Position numbers and translations under genes: made by a program. A DNA stretch of 63,889 nt, filler included, from Collodictyon triciliatum (taxonomy: Eukaryota): NCBI GenBank assembly GCA_043381765.1. It is 5 parts of 5 records of this genome, joined end to end, with 100 filler letters (N's around TTAATTAATTAA, not from the genome) between each part and the next. Parts side by side here need not be neighbours in the genome. Positions count along the whole stretch, not along the records: positions 17,080 to 34,043 come from JBHJMP010001500.1; positions 34,144 to 55,293 come from JBHJMP010001501.1; 3 more parts are not named here. One strand, written 5' to 3'. The notes beneath the pieces are model-generated. The model saw only the letters and a list, made by a program, of their open reading frames with translations. It made no database searches and was not told the origin of the DNA. Of this stretch, positions 27,001 to 38,337 are shown one piece after another (position 1 is the first letter of the stretch; each line of letters starts with the position of its first letter).

Positions 27001-30000
27001 CTTCAATGAGACATTCAAAGCAGTACGACAGTCTTCGTCCAAGACAATGTCCGATAAGATGGCTTTGTCTCCGGCAGACACCGATGGCGTCATTGGTGCG
27101 GACAGAGAAACACGAAATCCGTGTGAGCTGATGTGGTAGTCGCCCACTTGACGAAGCCGAGTTTGTGGATACAGCTGAGTGATTAAACCCGAGCCGTATT
27201 TAAAGACAAGTGAGTTATATTTGATACGTTCATCAAAAATTGTCTTTGATGCACTATCGTATGCACGGCTGGCAAAATACAGCTGTATCATATCACCGCC
27301 GGTGTAAAAAGGTATCAAAATGTCGCCTTCTTGAAAACCAATAGTCTGGTCTATCAAAGAGAACTCAAGAGCAGTGTTTAAAGGGAATATATAAGTTCCA
27401 TATACATCCCCATCGCCCCTGAGCCAAACAAAGAAAAAAAGGCATTAGTTTAGCTTCTTGGATGCAAAATGGTCTATATGATGTACAGTCCCTTTTAAAA
27501 AGCAAACATAATCATAATACACTCGAATATGTGTCAATTAGTCATACCATTCAGTGTCTGATGAGTGGTCCTTCATTATCGAGCCATCACTAACTAGGTA
27601 ATAAAATTATTTTTTGTTTGTTTTTTTCGCGTGTCTTGTTTTGTCACCAAGTATTCTACTTATTTTGCAAAAGGTTTTCTTTTAAATGAACATACCATTG
27701 AACCTGTTCTCGGATAATCTAATGTAAGTAAATAGAATGTTGCCCCATGAATCAAACTGTACTGTTCGGAAAGTTGGAACTGGAAGCAGTTCGATATGCG
27801 GTAATGGTGTGATGAACAAGTCCATCAGCCCGCCATCGGAAAATACACGTAGATAGAAAATGCGCCCCTGATTATAACCAAACATTTTTACAAAAGCTTG
27901 GGTCAGGATTTCATCAGAACAAAATTAGAAATAAAAACCAAGCGAAAATGTGCAAAAAGTACACAAGAAAAAATATTAAAAAAAAAAAAAGAGACAATAC
28001 ATGGATAAAAGTAACAGAAAGAAGGATGTTAAAGCGAAAACAGGTTTCAATATTTTTTTTTTTTGGAAACATACATTGGTGGAAACGAAGCCCAAAGACA
28101 AATCTTTCTTCAGAAATGAAACATCGACAATCATTTCCCCTATATATGTATGACAATAGCGATTTCATTGAATACCAGGGTAAATTGATTTCGACAGATA
28201 TTTACATATGTTCAGATGTAGAAATGGCATAAAATAAACCTTCCAGTAAGTCGATGTTGAGCCTTGAAAAAGATTGCGAGGAGTCATACGAAATCCACAC
28301 ACTATTTCCATAAACGACTGATATTCCCCCCATGTCAAGCAGGTAAATACCATACAAATTTGTACCACTAATTAATTATAAATTAATCGAAATGAATACA
28401 ATTTCTTCTATCATGAAGCTTTAAATATTCTCTGTTGACAAGAAGCAACAGCGGCATCAAAATGTGTATTTTTTTCCCCATAAATGGGCATTTCATGATA
28501 AAAATATTTGCATGGTGTGACATAAAGTTTGGCTCATACCCATCCTTGAAATCAAACGCCAGTTTCAAATCAGAACTTAGACCTGTAAAAATGAAGAATC
28601 TAGATTCGACAGAGACAAGCGCAACAGCAGAGTTAATCAGATAATCAAATACGATATCGATGATGTCGTAATTTCTTGTTGAGTTCAAAAATATTTGTCT
28701 CCAGTCGTTGTATGGAAATCCAGAGGAAACATAAAGCGAAACGGAGCCTTTTTTGTTGCGATACTTTAAAGAGACATATGCAGTGTTATTGTACACTTTC
28801 TTTGGCAGGCACGAGTTTCCTGTGTATATGTGCGCCAATCGATTTGTGTCAGAATCAACTCCAAGTTCATTTCTTCTGGCCATTCCATCAAACTCTTCGG
28901 ATATGTTAAGACTCACAAACTGAGGAGTTGATATTTTTTCGTTTAAGATAGGGGCATAAAAAAGGCCAGCAGATGTAATGACAAATATAGAGTCTTGATT
29001 CATCTGGACATCGGTGACAAGAATAGAACCACAATCTTTCCCAATAAGGTGGCATATTGACCCCTTTTTTTCCGACGACCCAAGGACATCAACGAGAACT
29101 GAATTGGGTCCGTTTCCATCTTGGGTCAAGAGCGCATACTTGTTTACAGATTCGCTTGCCATTAGCTTTGTCTTTTCTACATTATTTGTTTTCCCCAAAG
29201 CCCTTGAAAACGGAAAAGACGACAATAAGGTAATGGAGGTATATGTCGCGCATGTGGCCATACTTCGCCTAATCGATTTGACTTTGCTTAATTCATCTTC
29301 TTTGAAATGGAGCATCTAATAAACATGAATAAAAAATAGCATTAAGAATACACAATTGGTTACAAGGTACTTGACTCACTGATTTTCTTTTTGTTTCAAT
29401 AAATCGATTTCAAATGAAGAAAATATATATCCAAAACCTGTTTGAATAGAGTAGCAGAGGTTTGGTCAACACCGGATATTGATACATCAATATATGTAGG
29501 AGATATGCATTCACTCATGATGTTAACTCCCTTAGACTCTACGGTAATTTGTGTGGTGGTGATATTCGACAGAGTGTGTATTCTAGTTCTCCAAATACCT
29601 TGAGTTGGCTATAAATAATATGAAAAGGCATGGATATGCATGTGCTCAATATTGTGTATAATTTCAGGATTAATATTTAGTTACACAGGCTCAACGGCAA
29701 TATCTAAATCTGTACGATCAATTACATCGAACGCCCAAGGTGATGTCTGGTGGATAGCTGGATTAGCGAAATAAAGGCTTGGATATTCTCCGAGTGAGTG
29801 AAACCGATTTCCGAGTCTGTAACAAGGGAATATACAGTCAGTAACAATAGCTTTGGCAAAACTTATGTCACTTTGCACTATACCATTAGATTTGAAAACA
29901 AAAAAAAAAACAAGAACGTTTGTAATTTGTCTAAATATCATCAACAAGGATGAATTTAATGATTTAATCACAATACAGTAATGTATTTATCTCTATTTTA

Positions 30001-30753
30001 GAAAAAAAAAGGCATTTCATTTTGAATAATCATCGAGACTCACACCACAGAGGATGTTCCAGTTTCTTGCGACTGGTCCTTAATTGAGCATTCAATCGTG
30101 TAGTCTTTATTCATATCCAGCGACACAACATGGAAATCTGTCTCATTGACGATTCTTGAGACGTATTTCAAACAACCTATGTTTCAAATAAGTCACAAGA
30201 CACGACAAATTAACACAGCCCACAACATCAGTGGAAATCTACATGTTTTCAAATGCATTAAAAGAAGAAGAAAATGAATCGTGATCAGAGCGTGCCAAAA
30301 GATTGGGTGTTTTTTCAATCGAAACGAACAGTCGCATGGTTGGATGCTGATGAAGCGAGTCCAAAAGGGAGCTGGAAGGTCATCTTTAGTGGTGAATTCA
30401 TCGCGGTCGCTGACATAGACCGATATCTGGTAGATTCCAGGCTCCGTGAAAGAGTGTACATGGACCGGCGCCGTGGAGCGGAACGACTCCGAACCGAAGC
30501 GAAAGAAAAAGAAAAGCGGATCGGCAGGGTTTGTGTTATACGAGAGAGAGGCGTCCAATCGAATTTCTGTGGATATAAACCGCGTCAGAGCGAATATAGA
30601 AAAGAAGATAAAGGGCGAAGTTGTATCATAGCTATGAATGTTGTTGGTAATTTGAAGAAAGAATAAAAAGCAACTTGTATGTGGATTGACGGTTCATGTT
30701 TTATTTTATTTCTGTATTCAACCCTTTTATTATTATTCTTATTATTCTTCTTC

Positions 30754-30816
<63 letters not shown>

Positions 30817-30822
30817 TATTTA

Positions 30823-30870
<48 letters not shown>

Positions 30871-31037
30871 GAATTGAATCTACCGTCGAAAGGCCTCAAA
30901 ACATCCTTTGTGTGATAATCGCTCGACCAGTGCACAATCAATACAGGGGAAGCGGTGGAGGAAAGGACGAGGCTTAAAACTGAACACGCAAAAACCAAGC
31001 GGAATGCGAGAAAGGCACGATGTTGCGGTTCAGTCAT
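23658..31037 (-). CDS. CATSPERB: CatSper channel auxiliary subunit beta homologue (signal peptide, large ectodomain, single C-terminal TM)
   Basis: ATG 31037 with signal-peptide-like MTEPQHRAFLAFRLVFACSVLSLVLSSTA. C-terminal exons read NLP|VNYRPPSKHGIAIPTSDNIYNADPSK|EKYRSMLGISKKSGKFKQCAGKRNQEECGC...SDC, ...VKELNSR..., GVELYHFRVEVVSGSKCDLKTELI, VFVVDPPLSSLGYWGLVSCTVIGIAVLIFFGYLYSG* (TGA 23658-23660). Colinear with the animal CATSPERB C-terminal motifs as I recall them. Confidence 0.88.
24332..24463. repeat. Intronic 9-mer (AAATAATCG)n
   Basis: Inside CATSPERB intron. Confidence 0.92.
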
Positions 31038-31550
31038 ACTGCAAAGCGACTCGGCCTAACAATACCACAAGCGTGCTTTAGAACGATTTCTTCCTTGTTT
31101 TTCTCTTCTCTTCCCTTCTTCTTTTTCTTTTTTTTGGAAGAGTATGTTGAAGTTCACAGAACAATAGAAAAGGAAAGGTCGATGTGTTTGTCTCAGAGCA
31201 ATCAAGAGCGAGACAGGCGACCACCCATTTGAAGCTTCGGAAAGACGCAACCTTTGAGTTTGATGTAACAAAGATGTTGGACGCTGTGCAAAGTTTGATT
31301 GATGTTTGATTGTCGTAACGATTCCCAGATGTGGAATGATCTATTGTGGTATGATTTGTATGGTTGTTCGGTTTTCTTGACTGGGCTGGTGATTGCGGCT
31401 GGTTGGTGTTCTGCGGTTTTCAGGGGCGTGATTGATGCTACCGAGAGAGAGAATGACACGATGCATCATGAATTTGGTTTGTCGACCATTATCATTGACC
31501 CAGCAATGCATATATATGGAGCCTCATAATTTCTATCTGGCAAGTAGATT

Positions 31551-32508
31551 ATGCCACCTAGTGTTGATATATTTGCACCTGTGCTAGATGTGTGAATGTG
31601 AAAGTAAAACGCAACACTCAATCATGCATAGAGCAGCTTAAAAATATCAATTAAATCTAAAAAACGAGGCCTATAATGTTAAATCACTCTGAGCTAGGAA
31701 TTCTCTATGAATCATTCATTCACAATCCCCCAACACAACCTTGCAGGTTAAACCAACGAGAGGCATACATAACTTCTGATGAAGATGGGCCTATGGTACA
31801 TGATTTTTTGCTCATTTATATTAAAATACTCTAAATTATTTTAAAAACGTAGACTTTCGGCTTCACTCATAGCATGGGTGCCGGGTCATCGTCGCCAAAC
31901 TTAGCAACCTTTTCTAGGAGAAGCACAGGAAATTCATCAAGCTCAAGCAAACCAAGAAACACCCCAAAACTCATACAACCTTCACCTAATAGTGCACAAG
32001 ACACTGATGGGAAAAGATTGATGGACCTCAAAATGAAGCGTGAATCTTCGATAAAAACTGGCAAGGCAATTATGTGCGGTACCGATACATGTCAAAGTCC
32101 AGCGTCCACATCGCATGGTTTCTTTGTTTGGAACGAATTATCAGACAATAATGACACAGAGTCAAAAGCAGATAATAATTCGTGGAGGAACAGTGCGGTT
32201 AGTGAGGCACAATCATACTCTGCATCACGTCGGTCTTCAGACTTGATGTTTGTCTAAAATTCTTAAAGCTCGTTGCAACATCTTATGTCGATATTCCCAC
32301 ACACTAGAGCATTCATGTTTGAATTCAGACATTAAATACAACAAACAAATATATAGCTGACAAATAAGTTTTTTTCCAAAATAACTCATGCAGTCCCGAT
32401 TCCAATGTGTGCGTGGCATCATTATCACCAAATGACTATTGGAGACATAGAACTTCACAGAGTCGGTTACCAGCCATCCTGGACCAAGGAGATGGGCACA
32501 TATACTAG
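31551..32508 (+). CDS. Hypothetical Ser-rich disordered protein, divergent from CATSPERB
   Basis: In-phase join of four exons: MPPSVDIFAPVLDV|LNQREAYITSDEDGPM|TFGFTHSMGAGSSSPN...SRRSSDLI|PDSNVCVASLSPNDYWRHRTSQSRLPAILDQGDGHIY*. Start codon uncertain; no family recognised. Confidence 0.4.
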
Positions 32509-33135
32509 CGTCCCAATCATTTTGTTTGGCTTTTACTGGTACACATGTTTTGATACAAATTATAAATAAATCGCAGATATAGCTGCATGTAGTTTTGAAA
32601 GATGGTCATGCGTTTTCTTTTGTCTCTTTCATAATTCAGATGCGTTTTTGGAAATATTATCTTGTGTTTACTTCAGAAGCTCATTGAAGTGTGCGCGTTT
32701 TTGTGATTATCCGATGTGAAATACCTTCATGCTGCTATAGGATGGAATTTGCATGACCTTTCATAGTTACATAAAAATTGAAGGACATATAGAATTCACA
32801 TGAATATCCCAAAGGTTTAACACCGAATAGACGAGTTCAATGGTAATGTCCTTTAAGAAATTGTTTTGAAAGTGAATTGAGCGGATAATGAAGCAAAGTG
32901 ATGCGATAAAACACTAATTAGATTAATCGGATTCCAAGCAAGCCATAGTGCCTTATTCATGAACTTCGCGCCTCTTTTATTTGGGTAGCTAATCAAAACT
33001 ATATCCTTTATCTCGTTGGCACCGTTTTCATCAATTGTTGTGATTCGCTGAGGTTTTATTCAGTTTAACTGCGCACCCAAAATATATTAGGTTACTGATG
33101 TATCCCAGATTATGCAATTGAAAATAACATGGTAT

Positions 33136-33234
<99 letters not shown>

Positions 33235-34043
33235 GAGTGACTATCGATGTCAAAATACTTGTTATGAAACCAACATATACTTTATATTTATTATAATTTG
33301 GTATCATAATAAAAAGATGATTGATTATAGTAATTTCATGAAATACTTTGGGTGAGGTTAATTGTGAGTTGTTCTCTATATATTGAGCATTTCACCGAGG
33401 TTTTCGAGGCGTAGCATCGTGATGCTGTGTACTGCGTGTACCTTGGAGTTCTAGATGCCATCACATAGAGTATTGTTGAAGTGATAAAATCATGGAAAGC
33501 CTTGGCCGGAAGAGAGATGACATTTGGAAAACGGAATGATATTTTCCTTTATTTCATTCAAGTTGAAAAGGGAGAGATAACGCCTGAGCCGCTTGCTTTG
33601 TCGTCAGCCATTTTATTTCGTTGCATCCCAGCGAAAACCCAGATGCTAGGTCAGTTTCGGTGCCGAAGCATAAGCAGCGTTGTGGTGGACCGCAGCCACC
33701 CAAGAAAGTAAACAATAAAACGAGATTTTTATTAGATGGGAATAAATAGCTTTTCTTCAAGGAAATGAAAGATGGTTTACATCCTGGCTGGGGTGGATAA
33801 TGCCACCAGCTCGGTGCTGATTTGAGTTGGCAGCAAACTCTCATATTTTTATCCTTTTTTTTCTTTTTTATGAGAATTAGCTCTTTGGAAACAGGCATAC
33901 CAGATGTTTACAAAAAGAAAAGCTGCCCATTAACTAAAATCAACAATAAAACAAAAAGTAAAAACAAAAAACAAAAAACAAAAAACAAAAAACAAAAAAC
34001 AAAAAACAAAAAACAAAAAAAAAAAAAAAAAAAAAAAAAAAAC

Positions 34044-34143
34044 NNNNNNNNNNNNNNNNNNNNNNNNNNNNNNNNNNNNNNNNNNNNTTAATTAATTAAN
34101 NNNNNNNNNNNNNNNNNNNNNNNNNNNNNNNNNNNNNNNNNNN
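34044..34143. other. Assembly gap with TTAATTAATTAA spacer
   Basis: Spacer at 34088-34099 inside N block. Confidence 0.97.
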
Positions 34144-34537
34144 GTGTGTGTGTGTGTGTGTGTGTGAAAGGAATAATATATATAAAGAAAAGGCGGGCAG
34201 GTGTTAGTGTTTTGGGAGGGTGGGATTGGGGTCATAGAGAAATATGGAATGATCTGCTCGTTTGTATATGATTATCATTATTATTATCATCATTATTTAC
34301 AGATAATCTTGTCTTATGTTTTGTGTGAGTGGGAAAGAAAAAAAGGGCTGCTGGGCATTCGGTAGTATAGTTATGTACAAGACAGAAGCGCATAGAGCAA
34401 CCAGTAAACTGTTGGAGAGATTCAGACCGATGGGCTGCGCTGTAGAAAGGACGGCAGCCACGACGATCTCATTTGCTCCTCCGGCTGGGCACTGTCGATC
34501 GAGTAGATCTGGATTGGCGGCAGCTTTTTTTTCATTC

Positions 34538-36876
34538 TTAAGCGTTTGCATGTTGGATCCATCTCTCGGTTGTTCTCTTGTGCGTATCTCTTGGATGCAG
34601 TCGCGTCTCCAACGCCCGTAGCGCTCCAGTGTTTTGGAAGCCTCCCACGCGCTTTATAGTGCGACGCCCAGGCTGCGAGTGATATTCAAACACCGATCGC
34701 GCGCTGGCGTGTTTGCCGTGAAGCTTTCGGAGTGATTCCAGGAAAGAAAGGTGCATTGTGCACCGTATAACAAATACCGTGTCTAGATGCCCAGACTACC
34801 TTATTCACTCGGAGTTGCTTTTTTCGGCCAAAGGGCACAAAGAGTATACCAGACTGCATGGATTCATTGGCACCGCGAAGCTACAAGTCCGCAAGCTTGT
34901 GTTTGTTGGAGGGTAGCTCAAACTGCACGAGAATCAGCAAGATTTCCATTCAACGATCGAATATATACTCACCCGAGTAGAGACACCTGGTCATGTGACT
35001 GTCTTGGGTCGGAATTCTACCAGGTAGTGTGAGCATAAGATATACGTATCCAGACTCGCCCTTCTGTTTTGAACTTTTGCTGATTTTTCTTGTCTTTCTT
35101 CAATACTAATCGCACCCGCTGCAGTTGCTGCTTGCCCAAAAGCTTTCCGATGCGAGTTCTCTTTTATTATTTCATTTATTCTGTGTAGGGTGGAGTGGCT
35201 TTGTTTTTTCTTCTCCGTTTCCGTATCCTCCTATTAAACATTCATTTGTAATCAATTGGATTTATAAATAAAACCAACAGGCGTTTTGTAGGACCCGTCG
35301 ACGAATTCGTCATCCTTCCAGCCACCTTCCAACACCGTCCCATCGTGGTGAGTGAATTTGCCTCTACCCTCCTTGGATTGCATTTACAAAGAAACAGTTA
35401 GAGTCTGCGCTACATATGCATATGTACACGCACACGGACACTCTTTTTCTCAAGACTTCGCGTGCTCTTATATGGTCTGTGATGAATAACATTAATGCCA
35501 ATGGACTTAATGAATTACTCGTTTTCCAATCACCCAGGTCCCTTCAAATTGCGATACCATTGGAAATCCATCTTCCTCCTTGTACCACACCATTTTGCCC
35601 TTGCCGTCCATTTGGTCCCCCTTCCTAAAGCGAGTGTATAAAGTTCATAATGACCCGAGTTGCACTTCAGGTCTTGTAAGCACATTCGTAACAAACGCTT
35701 CCTTTTTTTTAAAAAAAGAAAAAACAATAGAAAGAGTCAATTTGTGATTTTAATTTATATCTTTCATGTGTGCATATGATTAATACCATTCTCCTTCGTA
35801 TCGTGAGTTCTTGTCAGGAAAGACATAGGTACCCTTTCCATGCTTCTTATCCTTTTTCCATTCGCCCTTGTAGTAACTGCCATTGGACCATACTCTCACT
35901 CCTAGGCCTTCGATATGATCGTCTTCGAACTTACCCTTGAACACACTATACCAAAGTAAAGTATTTGGTGATGAATTCCCAACATGTTTTTTTTTTTTTT
36001 TGAGATTATCAGGACGGTTCATCTTCATCCAGATTTTGTTTTCCTTGATTTCATGTGCGCAATTTGGTTGAGGTTTTTAGGTTTTTTATTATTGTTTTTG
36101 CTTTATTTTATTTTTTATTTATTGCCTCTATTTAATAATAATACTCATTAACTCTAATCGTAAAGGTTAAAAAAAAATTATTTTTAGTAGAATTAGTAAA
36201 TATAACCTTCCATCTGGCCAGTACAGTATTCCGTGACCATGTAATTTATCTCCAAGCCATTGTCCTTCGTAAATCCTTCCGTCTGGAAAAAGGTAAGTTC
36301 CCCACCCAGACCGTTTGTTATCCTTCCATTCCCCCTATGAATTGACGGAATATGGTTGTGAAAATGTTTCTAAAATCCGTTAAGAGGATAGAAATGGAAG
36401 AATTGCCAGAGTCGATGAAATCGATGAAAGGGTTCAGGGCGGTTTGATTTTCATGAAAAAAGAGGCCACATGCCTGATATTGATAGCGGTCAAACTTGTT
36501 TTTGCGACTAGTCATTACTGTTCCCATAGCGTTTTCTATGATAGGCCAAACATATATGCCTTTACCATTGATGGAGTTGTCCACCCATTCTCCAACATAT
36601 ACGCGTCCGTTGTCCCATCGATACATTCCAAATCCATGCCTCTTATTTCCCAACCAGGTGCCTGTGTACACGCCACATGATTCCTTCCTAATGATTATAA
36701 TTTCTTTTAAATATTTTTGGAGTAATTGAGAGCATAAGGTAGATAGTGAGACGGTGTTGATTCATTGCGTCGTATTGTCGGACTACGACGTTGTTATGTT
36801 TGTGGTTGTAAGCATTTACACAAGACAATCGACGTGTGTGCGATATTTAAAAGAACAGCCCAGTGCACGGATTGTA

Positions 36877-36926
<50 letters not shown>

Positions 36927-38027
36927 NNNNNNNNNNNNNNNNNNNNNNNNNNNNNNNNNNNNNNNNNNNNNNNNNNNNNNNNNNNNNNNNNNNNNNNNNN
37001 NNNNNNNNNNNNNNNNNNNNNNNNNNNNNNNNNNNNNNNNNNNNNNNNNNNNNNNNNNNNNNNNNNNNNNNNNNNNNNNNNNNNNNNNNNNNNNNNNNNN
37101 NNNNNNNNNNNNNNNNNNNNNNNNNNNNNNNNNNNNNNNNNNNNNNNNNNNNNNNNNNNNNNNNNNNNNNNNNNNNNNNNNNNNNNNNNNNNNNNNNNNN
37201 NNNNNNNNNNNNNNNNNNNNNNNNNNNNNNNNNNNNNNNNNNNNNNNNNNNNNNNNNNNNNNNNNNNNNNNNNNNNNNNNNNNNNNNNNNNNNNNNNNNN
37301 NNNNNNNNNNNNNNNNNNNNNNNNNNNNNNNNNNNNNNNNNNNNNNNNNNNNNNNNNNNNNNNNNNNNNNNNNNNNNNNNNNNNNNNNNNNNNNNNNNNN
37401 NNNNNNNNNNNNNNNNNNNNNNNNNNNNNNNNNNNNNNNNNNNNNNNNNNNNNNNNNNNNNNNNNNNNNNNNNNNNNNNNNNNNNNNNNNNNNNNNNNNN
37501 NNNNNNNNNNNNNNNNNNNNNNNNNNNNNNNNNNNNNNNNNNNNNNNNNNNNNNNNNNNNNNNNNNNNNNNNNNNNNNNNNNNNNNNNNNAAAAAAAAAA
37601 GAAGGCGCTCGTCCACAAAAACCAGTGTACGGTAAGTAAAAGAGAGACGAAGAAGGGCTCCTACAAACAACTCCATGCGCACATAGTCCGGCACAGTCTG
37701 CATCGAAACCTCCACAGGGAACGGCGCAGACGGCGCGGGCGGCGCAGGGATGAGCGCGTACGGCCTGAAAGCCTTTTGGTCGGACCCGCCCAGCCCGGAG
37801 TCGTGTGTCTCTGCAGGGAAAGGCGCGGGCGAGCCGAACGTCTCCAGCAGAACCGCGCTGCTTGAGCCGGGCGGCGTTGCGTAGAAAGGTGCGGCCAGAT
37901 TCACGCGCGGCTGCGGCGAAGGCGGAATCGTCGTCACGGCCGAGCGCGGAGCAGACTCTGCAGAGCCGTTCTGCCTCAGCGACGACGACTGCGTGAAGCC
38001 CAGATCGGTGACGGAGAGGGAGTTCAT
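34538..38027 (-). CDS. MORN-repeat protein with Pro/Ser-rich N-terminus; interrupted by N gap 36927-37590; 3' end uncertain
   Basis: Exons about 35280-36671 give repeated YxGxWxxxxxxGxGxxxWxxG units (YTGTWLGNKRHGFGMYRWDNGRVYVGEWVDNSINGKG; YKGEWKKDKKHGKGTYVFPD). The GC-rich ORF from ATG 38027 on the same strand is the probable first exon. The C-terminal exons (34.5-35.2 kb) could not be joined unambiguously. Confidence 0.8.
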
Positions 38028-38337
38028 CTAGTCGCTTCCTTGCCTCTTGGTCTTTGTCTTTGTCTTTGTCTTTGTCTTTGCCTTGCTTTTGCTTGGAAAA
38101 TGCTCCAGCTTTTGATTTTGTTCGTTTCTATTGTGTGTTTTCCACAAAGGGAAGACGTTGAACCTCGAGGGCAGGAGGAACAAATCGGAGCACAGTTTTT
38201 TTTTCCTTTCCTTTCCCTGTCGCACTCATCTCGCTTGCGTTCCTCTCTCTTTATACTTTACTTTGACTTTTTTTTTTTTTTATTAATAATTGCCGCCAAC
38301 AGACTAATATTTTTTCCTAAGGGAAAAAACGCGTGTG

